Origin: Azolla caroliniana
Taxonomy: Eukaryota > Plantae > Polypodiophyta
DNA length: 64,000 nucleotides
Assembly: GCA_043228905.1 (NCBI GenBank)
Contig: JBHGNT010000002.1
Span: 15,500,001 to 15,564,000 of the forward strand
Reading direction: 5' to 3'
In this document: one piece after another, positions 47,094 through 60,899 of the stretch
Layout: every line of letters begins with the position of its first letter
How positions within the stretch are numbered: position 1 is the first letter of the stretch
The notes under the pieces: model-generated
Told to the model about the DNA's origin: nothing
Database searches by the model: none
The model's input: only the letters and a program-made list of their open reading frames with translations
Position numbers and translations under genes: made by a program

Positions 47094-49489
47094 ATGTCCA
47101 TGTTAAGCTATCTAGTGCTAATGTTGTTGTTGTTGTTGTATTACTACTATCTCTGCCCAACCGTGGCCATGTCGTTAGGGAGCGGCGGTGGAGGTGGAGG
47201 AGGAGGGGATTTGCGTTCTGATGCACTGGCTCTGCTTCATTTCAAGAACAACTTAACAAGTGATGGTTCTTCTCTTTCTTCATGGACGTTTTCATCTTCA
47301 TCTTCATCTTCTTTGGCGAGGGTTTGTTCAACTTGGGCAGGAATAGGTTGCAGTGGCAACAGGAGGGTTTCTTCGTTGAGATTACCTGGGAAGTCCCTCG
47401 TGGGTCCAATCCCACCTTCAACTCTCGGAATGCTGGATTCCCTCCAAACATTGAGCCTCAGGTCTAACAGTCTCCATGGCTCTCTACCCTCAGACTTCGC
47501 AAACCTCTCTTCTCTACGCAAGCTTTACTTGCAACAGAATAACCTCTCCGGTAACCTTCCTCTTAACTTCTCTGCCTTCCCTCTCCTGTCTCAACTAGAC
47601 CTCTCATTCAACACCTTCAATGGCACCATTCCTCCATCTCTGGGGGCTCTGGCCCACCTCAGGTCTCTCCATCTGCAGAATAACGCACTTCAGGGTCCCA
47701 TCCCGCCCACATTGAACATGGCCAAGTCTTTGCAGGTGCTCAATGTCTCTAACAATCGCTTGAATGGCTCCATTCCATCCAGCCTTGCTAACTTCTCCAC
47801 TACTGGGTTTGTAGGGAACTTGAACCTATGTGGGCCCCCTCTCTCTCTATGTAATACTACTACTACTACTACTACTACACTGTCTGTAACTGTGGAATCC
47901 CCACATCATACAAACCATCGCAAGAAGCTAAGCAGGATCATTGTAACTGGCATCATTTGTGGGAGTACGCTAGCTTTTGTCCTACTGCTGTTGTGCCTAT
48001 GTCTCCTTTGCTACTTTGCCAAGTCTACTACAAAGAAGGGGGTTAGAGGAGGTTCACATGAAGCAGGAGGAGGTGCTACCTCCCGAGCAATTTCCGCAGA
48101 AGAAGAACGTACCAAGAGACGAAGAGAGTGGTCATGCGAGTCATTGAGAAAGGGGGGGGGCGGCACAATGCTGAAGGATGGTGGTGCTGGTGGGGAGGAG
48201 ACGATGAAGACGCTCATCTTCATCGATGATCACGAGATTCAGTTGTTCGGTCTCGAGGATTTGTTGCGAGCATCAGCCGAGGTGTTGGGGAAAGGCAGCC
48301 TTGGCACTGCTTACAAAGCAGTCCTTGAAGATGGTCTCATCGTTGCCGTCAAACGTCTACGGGATGTCGAAGATGGACGCAAGGCCGAGTACCATCAGCA
48401 TATCGAGATGATGGGTAGACTCAAGCATCCCAACTTGGTTCCCCTTCAAGCATATTACTTCGATAAAGAGGAGAATCTGCTTGTCTACGACTTCATGCAA
48501 AATGGGAGCTTGCTACCTTTGCTTCACCGTAAGTGGAAGAAATCATGATTGTAATCCGTGGAAATGAAATGTGTGTTGTGATGTAGGATAGGATATGAAT
48601 TATGATTGGCAAAATAGTGTGAAGTGCATGCTGCCAGCATATAGAAGCAAGTAACTTGCATATTTATATCTAGTAAATACCAAGGATACCTATGTGGTAG
48701 TAATGTAGAGTAAAGAATTGACAGTGCTTATATTGTTTGGGTGGTCATTTGTTTTGTATTGTAGGAAGCAGGGGAGCTGGGTATAACATTACCCCATTGG
48801 ATTGGGACTCTAGGGTTACGATTGCATTGACAGCAGGGCGTGGCCTTGCCTTCCTTCATGCTCATAATTTCGTGCACGGCGACATCAAGTCGTCGAATGT
48901 GCTTTTGAAAAGCAATCTAGAGGCATGTCTTGCCGACTATGGATTAGTCCAAATGGTAGCACTAACACCCGCCTTGGCCTCTCAAAGGATGTGTTCCGGG
49001 TACACAGCACCGGAGGTCACGGACCCACGAAGAGTCACTGATCGGGCTGATGTGTATAGCTTTGGTGTTTTATTACTCGAGCTTCTGACAGGGAAAATGC
49101 CGCTTTCTTCGGTGGGTTCTTCGGTTCCTACTGCCCACGGGAATGCAGCCCTAGTAGGAACAGGACCCGGTGAGCTTCTACATGCGGAGAATGGTGGCAG
49201 CATAGGCGTTTGTGACCTCCCACGGTGGGTACAATCGGTTGTGAGGGAGGAATGGACAGCCGAAGTTTTTGATCCCCACCTCCTCCTAATCGTTGAACAC
49301 TCGTCGGCATCCGTAGCTTCCATTGCTGCACAACAAGAAGAGATGCTACAGCTTCTCCAAATTGCGATGCCTTGCGTGGTTCCATCTCCTCACCAGAGGC
49401 CCTCAATGAGTCACGTGCTCCGAATGATGGAGAATCTACGAAGACCCCCGACCACCACCACGGATGATGACAAATCCTCTGGCTCCTAG
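47094..49489 (+). CDS. LRR receptor-like kinase, LRR-III (RLK902/RKL1-like) type, two exons
   Basis: Exon 1 47094-48528 has the signal peptide, LRRNT C.W.GI.C, ~5 LRRs, GN..LCG.PL, a TM helix, [15 protein letters not shown] and VAVKRL. A GT-AG phase-1 intron spans 48529-48764. Exon 2 48765-49489 has [26 protein letters not shown] and [20 protein letters not shown]. Confidence 0.95.
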
Positions 49490-52400
49490 GGCTGGAACCC
49501 CTCCCTCGATTGTCCATCCAGTATATTAAACATGATATATCTATCCTCATGCACACATTTGTATTCTTTCATCCTTTTTTGTATTCATTTATTTCTTCAC
49601 CATAGCATACGAATATTGTGACAATGGTTAATTGCAAATTCAGTAGCAGTAAAAGAAGAAGATGATGATAGATGAAATGGTAGTTCGTATATGTGTCATT
49701 CTTTGTCATTTTTTTTGCCCGTCAACTTGTGAAGAGATACAGTGTAATGTAAGTAAAAAAGCATTTTGTTTGTGAGGAAAATGAATATCAAAAAGAGGGT
49801 GAGAAGCCGCACTTCTTACTTGGTGTTGAGTTATTTTTGGATATGGTAGTCAGAGTTCATGCTATTTTCTTTGGTTAGAAATGTAATTGTGTGAAATTTG
49901 TTCCAAGAAAGATGTGCAACAAATGTTCGATCATGTGAAATTGTTAACATCAATCGTGTGGGTGTTTCAAAGACTTGGATTCAAACTTCGATGTGCTAAA
50001 AATAATGGATTGTCAATTTTGCACTATTCATCTTGTATGTTTGTTATACACCGTTCTATTTTATTGCATGGGTTATGGGGTCTCCCCCTCTCCCCCCTCC
50101 ATCCCAAGGTAATAACTATAATCTTGATCACACAACATTGACTAGATGAGCTGCAAAGTCGTAAATATTAAATATTCTAGACAAATCTGATATGCTTTTA
50201 ATTCGCATCCAGTTTGTGGAATGCAAGTGGTCCTCATTCATGAGTGTGAACATCATATAAACAGTTTGAAGGATTTAAAACAATACCACGATAACTTCAT
50301 CTAGTGTGTTTTAGTCAATTCATGTATTGCTTTGCCTGCCTATTTCTTATTACCATGGCAGGCTTAGGATTGGGAGCATGTATTGTGCCCGTGTACAGAG
50401 GTTTGGGAGCATATTATGTCCATATCCAATTATAAGTAAAGTTAATAAGTTATTAAAAGCATAAATACTCCAGCCAAAATTGTCCTTCAACCGATCATAC
50501 TATAAAAGATCAGCTTAATTCATTTGATTGTTTTCCAAAATCTTGTGTGAAAAGAGCACGCACATTGCTTAAAAGGAGATGTTGGGGAAGTTTAGAGGAG
50601 CACAAGGTTTTACGAGAAGCTAAAGAACACATACATAAGTTGCAATACGAGAACCCTAATATTAGATAATAGCCCACAGACGTCAACTATGTATAGACCT
50701 CTCTTTAATGTTACGAAAAACGGGCTTATTTTGGTATTTCTCTCCTCATTATTGAAAAAGATGCAGTCTTCATTGCCAACCGTTCCTAAAGATTGTGCTT
50801 ATATGAAGTGTGCTCAAGTTCTTGGATATGTAGAATCACTTCATTTTTGTGTCATTAAGGATATTGTTGTTGGAGCGGTTTACATGGCTTTGTGATGCAC
50901 TAGATTTGTCTATAAAAATTCATTTCATTGACGGTCTCACACTCACAATCTCATTGGTCGGACTCGACACACCTATCAATATTATTTATGATGTCTAATC
51001 CTACGTTCAAATACTTTATTTTGTTAAAATTCCAATGGGGCTATGTTAGATTTGGTATTTAACCTTCTTGATGTAATCGGTGGAAGTGTTATGCACCAAC
51101 TATCAAAAATTTCCTTTGGTAGTAAAACACGATTGTCAAGTTTATTGGGTTGTGAGAAACCACTCACCTTTGTATACCGTCTAGTTGGAAGACACAAACT
51201 TATGAATGTGTTTCTTTTCATTAGAAGTACAAGAACATGCTCTTTTATGGAGCAATGAGGTACTTGTTTACATTGGATGTTCGGCAAAACTACGTTATGA
51301 ATAAATAATTGCTCTATGTTTGCTTAGCTCATTGGTTTACATTGTAACATCAAAATCATAAATTTGAACGAGCCAAAGTTCGATCCTTGCCATGAGCATG
51401 ACCCCTTTTTGACAGATCATATTTGATCTACCATGGATGTTAATATTATATATATACACATAGACTCACAAGATTCCCTTGTTGCGGAGAGTAATATTGG
51501 AGTAATCTACGATAATATAACTCCATCAAATCACACTATTCTAATGTTGTAAAAAGTGATGTCGCAATATTCTATGGTTAAACATCTAATGCTTTCCTTC
51601 AAGTTTTGTTGCTTTCATCCATTTGCACTCTTTGGACTCCATTGCATATCCATCCTTTTCCGTAGTATGTATTGTATGACTTTCATAATTTCTATTGCAA
51701 CAAATAGATAAAAATATATTGTTCAAGTTATGTCAATTGTTTTTGGTCAATTTTCTTGGGGAGCCACTATGCATATCCTCTATTAGAACACATTCAAAAA
51801 AATGTTGGATTAATAAACCTCTCTATAAATGTACTTACGCAAAATCCACTTATTGAAGAATAAACGAAGATGTAGATGGTTTGTTATCTTGCTCTCATGC
51901 TCTTTCTATAAAATTATGGCAATATATTGCAACAAACATACATAATATAAATTTTGGACATGTTAGTGACTACTTTGTCGAAAAGATGGTTACTTGTGTA
52001 TGCACCTTGGGTTTCGGGCCCACCAGTCTCACAGACCTATAGTAGTCAATCTGTTTTTTTATGAACAATACCTTAATTCATGTTTCACTTCCAAAAATAT
52101 TGTCCTTTGAATATGAATAGCCTCAACCCTTCATATTCCACTTCCATCGAAATCCTTACGTCTCTTCTCTTTCAAGGAAAAGAGATGAAAATAATTAAGT
52201 TTGTGAGAGTAGTTAATAAGGTGAAGAAGATGTGTATGAAAGGCTAGTGCATTAATATCACATTGACAATTTTGCTATTGTCGAATCAAAATATATTGGC
52301 AACGTGATGTCATCTTGGAAAACCATTTGAAGCTTTCACATGCTTTGAGTGAGTTGTTCTTGCATCCCTTTGACAAATCTACTCTAAGGTGTGGTTCCCG

Positions 52401-53466
52401 TCGACAACAGTGAAGAGTCCTTACAAGCTCTTAGAGGGTGCGATGAAATCTTCATCAGACAACAAAATAACCTTAGCCAAAGATTGTAATGACCACAATA
52501 GTATCGATGTATCGTACTTCTTTTACTCTCTCACTCTCATTCATAAATGTTCTACTCAATTATGCTCATAATTGGGGCCCTCTCATAGCCACACTTTATT
52601 CAACATTTATTAATTTTCCTAATCCAAGGAAATTGCAATCAAACATTGAGTTGAAAGTACTTAAAAGTAGTGCCATTTTTGTTTTCTGACTCTTATCATT
52701 TCCTTTCTATCGATACTCAAGTTGAAGCACCAATGTGATGTGTACGGTTTATTTTTCACAATAGGCATTTTTACCTTCTAGAGAGAAGTACATCCTCCCA
52801 TAGCTTTGCGTTTTGAAGTGTAAAATAGAAAATTGCCTTGCAAAAACAAAGTGAAAAAAAAGAAGCTCCATGTTCAAAATATGTTAATTAGGGCCTGAAT
52901 TTGACGGGTTAGTATAAAAGTTTTTTGACAGGCATTTTTTAAAGATGTATGTCATATCACACAAGAGTGCAAAAACTAACATGTCATTTGATATGCAAAT
53001 TTTAATAATGAAAGTTCTATATGATGCTTCATTGTTATACATTTCATTACTATAGAAAGTGCACAAAGAGGCACAAATAAACATAACTACCTCACAAAGT
53101 TAATGAAATACATAAAATTAATATCATGTTAATGTTTTTACTAATAAAAAATAAAAAATAAAAAATAAAAAATAAGGGTTGTCTATGAAAAAGGCGATGG
53201 CGGGAGCACGAGCAACAGAGCGTGGAGTGGGAGCAACACAACAGGGCGTGCAGGAGCAGGAGCATGTGCACAACGAGGAACGCGCACGTTGTCTAACAGA
53301 GCAAGAGCAGGAGCACGGTACCAGCTGTTGTCCAAGTACTCCCACACCCACAATCCTCCCTCCCTTCCCCAACCAGAAAACGCACAATAACACATTAAAA
53401 AAACACACAAAACAAAGGGGGAAGGGAAGAACAACACAGACAACCTCGCAAGACACATAACTCGCT

Positions 53467-54950
53467 ATGGTGGGAGGAATCGAGCTTCCACCAACGCCCA
53501 TTTTGCTTGATGAAGAAGGTGGATCAGATCTTGACATTACCTTGTCCCCTGAGGCCAACCGTTTCTTAGCGGAGGAAATCGAACGCCTACGGCGTACCTC
53601 CTTTGTATGTAGGTTTCTGGCACGTAGACCAAGTTGGGGCATGGTTCGGGACATGTTCCAGGTGGCTGTGTTGGAGAACATGCCTGTGATCAAGAGTGTT
53701 AGGGGTTTAGGGAAAAACTTCTTCCACATTGAATTAGGTAATGGCTCGCTGGCGCAACCATTGGTCGAGCTCAAGGTACTCGAACTGAAGTACGACAAGG
53801 TGTTGCTCCAGCCATGGTCACTTGGGTTCAATCCGATTGAAGAGTTACGGAAACTCAACAACCCTAGGGTGATCACCACAACATTTCTTGGCCTCCCTCC
53901 CCCTTTGTGCCATTTGCTCCCTCTTTTTGGCGAACAAATAGGGATGATATGTCCTCAAAAAGCGTCAATGGTAGACACAGTTGTGGAGGTGCCCAAGTTG
54001 CGCATCTTGGTGCCTTCCCTCCATGGACTTCCATCAAGGATTAGACTCTACTCTGAGGAGCTAGGTCTCACAGTGCTGAAAGTGGTTTATGAGGGACTCC
54101 CGGGGCAGTGTTTCATTTGCAAACAGACAAGACACCTAGCTAAGGAGTGTCCTCGCAAGACTGGAAAGGGAAGCTCGGGACCTCGACCCTCGAGCAAAGT
54201 CAGGACAACCAAGGGTGACGAGGCTCCTTGGCTACCCGTTAAGAAGAAGGGGAAACTTGGAGGCCTAGGTGCATCCTCTTCCGCCCTTTTTCATGACCAC
54301 CCCTTCGAAAGAAGTCCCGCTACCTTGTGACCAGCAAGCGTGGACGAGCAACCCTTGAAATGGGTAAAGATCCTCTCTGGGAGTGCCGAGGCACCCGACC
54401 TACAGGTGAGAGCTACCAACAGATTTATACTTCTTCAAGGGTTAGGGGATGGCGACCCAGAAGTGTTGGTAGCAATGATGTCCCCATGCGACTCCTCATG
54501 CCTTCCCCCACGAGAGCCTAAACTCGTGTTCTCTACCCCGATGGAGATGCAACCCCAACTTGTACTGTCCACCTTGGAGGAGAAGTTGGCAAAGGCCCCC
54601 CCCCCCCCCCCCCCCCCCCGCTGGAATGTGAATGTGGTAGTGGCCTCAGATTAGTGAAATCGTGGATCCGGACGGGCAAGGTCAAGGACAAAGGAAAGGG
54701 TAAGATAGGCAGACCAACACCTGGTTTGGTGACGACTCTCTTAGATAGAGGGATGCAAGATGTGCCATCGCTTCGGAGCATAAATGTATCGCGGGATCTA
54801 TTTGAAGCGAGTCGGGAACGACCGACTGAGAATCCCGTAGGGGATTTGCAGCCTACTGTGGAGACCATACCCCCCGAAATAGGTGTTAGTTTGCCCCATA
54901 ACATGGGGATCGGCCTGAACATGGGCTTCAACGTCACCGTTTTCGGATGA
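53467..54950 (+). pseudogene. L1 ORF1 (DUF4283-like region plus CCHC knuckle), disrupted
   Basis: GLGKNFFHIEL, LQPWSLGFNP and YEGLPGQCFICKQTRHLAKECP; stops or frameshifts at ~54330 and ~54654. Confidence 0.8.
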
Positions 54951-57900
54951 GGATCCTAACGTGGAATGTACAAGGCCTTGGTGGAGGCCGACAACACCAA
55001 GTATGTAGAAGACTTCAGGAGGAGCTGAATCCCCGTAATATAGGGGGCCATATTGACATATTGCTTTTGCAAGAACACCACCTCTCGCAAGAGCGAACTC
55101 AGAGCTTAGTAAACCCCTTGTCGGTCGGGTGGACCACATGGTGGTCGGCTGCGCAGGGTGACCTACACCGAAGAGGAGGGGTCTGCATCTCGATCAGCGA
55201 TAAGGCCCGATACGAAGTAACATCATCTGGCACGCTAGTGGAGGGTCGGGCCTTATACGTGCTTCTGAAATGGAATCACCTACAGATTGGGGTGCTAAAC
55301 ATTTATGCCCCTAACTCAGCTCCCGAGAGAGCAATCTTTTGGAGGATTTTAGCGACAACATTACCTGATGCCGAGGCTTGGATAATGGCAGGTGATTTCA
55401 ACATGATTGAACACCTGGGAGATAGGAAAGGAGGGACCCAGAGGCCTATTTATGGTGCGGAGCTGCATTCATGGGCTTTCCTAATTGGCAAAATCGGGGT
55501 GAAGGATACATGGGGCTCTTCCCTTAGGAGAAGCTCACATTCGCTGCACTTTTCCAGAGCCGTCGGGAATGCTAGGGGCGGTAGTCTTGCACGGCTAGAT
55601 CGCATATACATCAGCTCATCCCTCGAAGAGCTTGGGGGCTCCTTTGCTATCTTGGCAGGTCTTAACTTTTCAGATCATCAGCCGGTGAGACTAGACCTTA
55701 ACCCACCCAACGATAGCACGGGCAGTCTCAATGTGAAGATCCCCACAAAGATCATGAAGAGTGAAGAGGTGAAGGCCGGTTTACAGAGTATATCGCAGGA
55801 CACCATGGGTAGTGAATCAGCCAACGAAAATTTGCAGAAAAAATTGGCCCTCTCGTCCTCCTTTTTACAACAGGAGACCAAGCACGCCCTCCAACAGGTT
55901 AGAGCCATTGAAACAAAATTAAGGAAGGCCGTTGCGGCAGCGCAACGGCTACTACAGGTAGACCTTGGTTGCAATTGGTCTAGAGCTAAGCTGGAGGAAG
56001 CAAAGATGAAGGTACAAGAAAGGACTTTGGAGAAGAACCTAATGCTGTTTCGAAGAAACGCAGCATGGTGGGCTAGAAAAGACGACAAGGTCAACCGACA
56101 TTTCTTTCACTACAAGGCACCCAAGGGTGGTGGTGGACGTATACAAGGGCCGCGCAAACCAGACGACTCAATAACTGAGGACAAGACTGAGATTCTGGAA
56201 ATGGCAACACAATACTATCGTGACCTCCTCGCACCTATGCATATGAGGCATAACACGGAGCTGACTGATCGAGTGATGTCTTGCATTCACCCCAAGGTAA
56301 CCCAAGCGATGGAAGTTGTGCTCGGTAGCCCCATCTCTCGTTTAGAACTCTCGGAGGCGCTTAGGGGATTGCGAAGGGGTGCATGCCCCGGCCCCGATGG
56401 TCTCTCACGAGATTTCTTCAAGATTCATTTGGAATGTGTTATCCCGTCTTTGGAAGCCGAAGTTCAAGAGATTTGGTCCTCAGGAAAGATGCCGATTGGT
56501 CTGGTTGAGGGGATGATATATGTCATCCCCAAAGCGTCAGAGCGAAGCCTAGAGTTGTGCCAGTGGCGTCCAATAACGATCCTTAACACGACATACAAGA
56601 TACTCGCTAAAGTCCTAGCTTGGCAGTTAGCAAGCTGCTTACTGGACATCATACATGATAATCAAACTGGATTTGTCAAGAACAGGTGTATCTTTGATAA
56701 TGTGTTGCTTCTTTGGGAAGCTATGGCATTGGCCGGTCGCTCCGTATTGAGCTGGGCTATTCTGATGTTAGACTTCGAGAAGGCCTACGACAGGGTGTTA
56801 TGGACCTTTTTGGAAAATGTGATGAGAGCTTTGGGCCTACTTAAAAAATGGAGGAATTGCACTTCTGCACTCTATCGGACAGCTACGAGTAGTGTATTGA
56901 TGGCTGGTTCTAGGGGACCTGCCTTCCAACTACAACGCTTAGTGAGGCAAGGTTGTCCCCTAGCCCCATATCTCTCTCTATCTCTTTGTAACCGAGGCTT
57001 TCTCTGCCTACTTACAAGCACCAACCAGCGGGTTGCGGGGATTGCCCATCCCCAATGTGACTAAAGATTTGATGTTATCTGAATATGCCGACGATACGGT
57101 TCTTTTCTTGCATGGTGATGAGGAGAATTTGCAATGGGCTGAACATCTTCTCGAGGACTTTTGTCAGGCGGCTAGTGCCAAGATCAATTGGAATAAAACC
57201 CAAGGCCTTTGGTTCAACGAACAAGAGAAACCAAGATGGCAACCCCATGCCGATTTTATGTGGGTCCCTGATGGGACGACATTCAAGTACCTTGGATTTA
57301 TGATGTGGAGGTCAATCCCCAAGGGAGCTCAATTGGTCCACATACAAGACAAAATAAATAGGACTAGATCTAAATTATCCTTCACTGGTAGGGTCCTTGT
57401 TGCGAAACAAGTGCTACTCGCTACCATGTGGCACTCAGTCTCATGCTGGATTATGAACCCTGTAGGTTTGCACGCAATTAAGGCTGCCATCAGGGGGTTT
57501 ATATGGTCAGGTAAGGACAACCCAAGGGTTTCCGCCTGTGTCATGGTGTTGGTTAACGCAACCGCGGGCCAAAGGGGGGCTTGGCCTCATAGACCCCTTA
57601 ATGCAGAGTCGTGCATTGCTGGCTAAAATGGTGGTTCACTGCCTCCTGCCAGGTAAGGGGTGGTGGAAGGTACTACTTCGCAACAGGCAGCAAGTAGGGA
57701 CTCCCAAGTATGGTAGGCCTTGGCCCGACTCCTTGAATTGGTGCTACACGAGCAGAGTCCCACCCAAACTGGCTTGCCATCTTGAGGATAGGGTCGCGAA
57801 CTCCATCTTGCGGGCATGGTGCCATCTACGAAAACATTTGTTCTAGCACACCACGGAGACATTGACCGAATGGACTAGACAACGACTATTTTGGAATCCT

Positions 57901-59246
57901 CACGTGCGAACAAGTGACGACACGATGCTAGGGCAACTTAAGGGCCTAGCATGGGGAAAGCTGGCACAAACAGGCCTCCTATCTATAGACGATTGGAGAC
58001 GCATGGATGTTTCAGGAAGAGCCCAAGAGGACCTTTTCCCTCCCCTCAAGGGAGCTACGAAAATGCGGAGACTGATAGCTGAGGCAGTTGACAAGGTTCC
58101 GATGGGGGAGGCGAGAGAACATGCATGGTTCGGTCTCTTTGACGAGGTTGGAATGGTCAAGTTGCTAAAGGGTGTGAGCGGATCGGGGAGAGATACAGTT
58201 TTTGGGGACAGTCAGAGTAGGGGCTCTTGGCACCCAATCCGAGTGGTGGCACAGGTTGATAACATCTGGAAGATAGACCCAGATGTTGCTAAGGTGGAAC
58301 CCCATTGGAGGGTAAGGGTATACGGTTGTCGCCCCCTTGTCGATCTGGATTGGGACCCATGGGATTTCAGATGGAAACATGACGATAGACCCCATCACTT
58401 CTTCGATTACACCACTAAATTGGGTCAGACTTTGCAGCTGTAACTAGGCGGCCCCCTTCGCAATGGCTGGCGAACATTGGGCATCCCCGATGAGGCGCTC
58501 ATTACCTTTTGGAAGGGTCTCTGGCGTCTCCACATGCCTGAAAAGATCAAGCTCTTTTGGTGGAAGATCGGTCATAATGTGGAGCCCGTTGGCGAATGGC
58601 TAGATAAACGTGGTGGCTCGTTAGGCTGCCCACTATGCTCTCGACTTATTGAGACTCTGAGACATTATTTGTGGGATTGCCCTCAAGCTCAAAAGGTATG
58701 GGATAGAGTGACTAGCCTCCTTGCGGCATGTGAAGTGAAGGAACAACCTCGTGGAGCGCTGCAGCATGGATTGATCACTTGGTCGAAGGGTGGACGGACG
58801 CCGTCAATGCGGATAGTTGGTGCTATGTATGCACGAGAGGCAAAATCGTCAAGATCCGTTTTGAAAGAGGCTTGTAGCCCGCATCCCCTAGGTTTCCGGA
58901 AATTTGGATGTTGATTGCAGGTTTCACCTTGTGGTATATATGGAAAACGCGTTGCCTCAAGGTTTTCCAAGGTACGGTACGACCCCCGGAGGAAGTGATC
59001 ATGGACATATGGTTCGCGCTTATTAGCTGCCTACGAGGGCAACTGGAAGAGGTTTGTAGCCACTCCAACGACGTGGTCATTGCCCGTTTGCACTTTTGGC
59101 AGAAATGGCGGAACACACCTATGGTGATGCAAGGTGGGAGTGCCCCGAGGTGGAACTACCAGCCCCCACGTTGGCTATTTCCTACTCACCTGCCACCCTC
59201 TCTTCGTTGTAGGCCCCAAGATCCGACTCGTACTAGGCAACATTGA
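54947..59246 (+). pseudogene. L1 ORF2 (APE endonuclease, RT, zf-RVT), frameshifted
   Basis: WNVQG, LQE, GDFN, LDRIY, SDHQPV; LDFEKAYDRV, QGCPLAP, YADDT, KYLG; CPLC..ETLRHYLWDC. The start overlaps the upstream stop (ATGA). Confidence 0.9.
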
Positions 59247-59769
59247 AGGGCATCAACTTGGATATAGGTAGCTTCTTACATTAAGTTAGGCCGCAAGGCA
59301 TTGTAAGTAGGCTCATCTTCTTTTACTTGATCGGAGGAAGACACCCTGATGTGTGTATAAGTCTCCTTGTAGACTCTCTATGTAATAATCCTTCCTAACT
59401 AATGGGAAAGTAGCTTCATTTTGAAAAAGAAAGAAAGTATGATTTTTTTTTACCAAACTTGGTGATTTTATGTAAGTAAAAAAATTTAGTTTTTAAAACT
59501 TAAAACATTAAAATCAAACCTAGAGTTATACACTCTTAAAGTATGTATTTAATAAAGGTTATTGTTTAAAATTTCAACTAATATTATTAGTAAAGAAATT
59601 AAGAATAAATATTTGAGAGTATATACCATTATTACATGATAATGATATTATTTTAAGCGTGTTACAATAACATATAATTTTTTGGAATTTTTTTTATATA
59701 GTATTAATATATTATAATACACACTTCATATCTATAATAAATGACATATGTATATGTATATAATATATA

Positions 59770-60079
59770 GGGAAAAGTACCAGGATACCCCTGGAAGTTC
59801 TTCTATTTACCAGAATGCCCCTGGAAGTTCCAAATTTACAGAACTACCCCTATGTCCAAAAAATTACACTTTATAAAGTAATTATACACTCAAATCTACA
59901 AGCCCTATTTATCAAAGATGGAAGAAATGGACCCGAACTAGCCCTATTTACCAAAGATTTGAGTGTATACTTTATAAAGTGTATTTTTTTGGATATAGGG
60001 GTAGTTTGGTAAATTTGGAACTTCCAGGGGCATTCTGGTAAATAGACGAACTTCTAGGGGTATCATGGGTACTTTTCCC
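59770..60079. mobile_element. Mutator-like MITE (310 bp)
   Basis: ~125-bp TIRs gggaaaagtacc.../...ggtacttttccc and a 9-bp TSD taatatata on both sides. Confidence 0.92.
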
Positions 60080-60459
60080 TAATATATATGACATGGAAAA
60101 TAGAATTTTAACATGTCATTTGACATGCATAATTTGTAGGGGCCTTTCGCATGAAAAATGGATATTTAAACTTTATATGTCACTTGACGGACATTTTTAT
60201 TATGTGTATGTTTTTGACGGGCAAAATGGCCTTCGACGGGCATGACACCCGTCAAATTCCTGCCCTGATGTTAATACCTCTATTATATATTATTATCGAG
60301 CAATGACATTTATAAATTGTAGAGTATGGGGGTATCCTCAAAACTTTAAAATTCCTCTCCTATGAAGCTCCAAATGTTTTTCGAATCTTCCAAGACTAAA
60401 AAGACACTAAACATTTTATAAAACGCAAAAGATTTGTGACTATGTACTTGTAACATTTG

Positions 60460-60865
60460 GCAAGAATTGAACCAAACTGTGAAACCATAACATAACAGTT
60501 TAAACGGTTCAGTTTGGTTTGGTGGGGGGGGGGGGGTTGAATGGTTTGGTTTCAATGGTTAGAAATCGGGGTTTAAACGGTTTAATGGTTTTTAATTTTT
60601 TTTTAAAAGCAATCTTTTCATTTTTAAGCCTAATTCTCACATTTCAGGAAAATCTTTAAAATTTGAAAAATTAAAATTTAAAACAATGAAAAAAAATTCA
60701 AATTAAAAAATTGAATTTTGACCTAAGTTGAAAACTGAAATTGAGTTTAACGATTTAATGGTTTAACGGTTTGAATTTTTCTAAATGGTTCGTGGTTCAG
60801 TTCGGTTCAAGTTTCAAAAATTTTAAACGCTTCGGTTTTGACACTCAAACCGAACCGAACCGTTG
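60460..60865. mobile_element. Probable non-autonomous DNA transposon rich in aaccg/cggtt motifs
   Basis: Clustered aaaccgaaccg / ttcggtt / aacggtt motifs typical of hAT subterminal repeats; the termini were not resolved. Confidence 0.45.
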
Positions 60866-60899
60866 TCGATTGTTAACTACTTGTTGCATTTGTTAGGTT

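Larger units (their letters stand above)
53176..59436 (+). mobile_element. Near full-length L1-clade LINE, disrupted
   Basis: 5' UTR, ORF1, ORF2 (endonuclease, RT, zf-RVT) and an A-rich tail at ~59422. The 5' boundary is approximate. Confidence 0.92.
52889..60267. mobile_element. Non-autonomous hAT-like element containing a nested L1 and a Mutator MITE
   Basis: TIRs tagggcctgaatttgacgggt / acccgtcaaattcctgccctg, a perfect 8-bp TSD atgttaat (52881-52888 and 60268-60275), and subterminal ttgacggg repeats. Confidence 0.85.
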
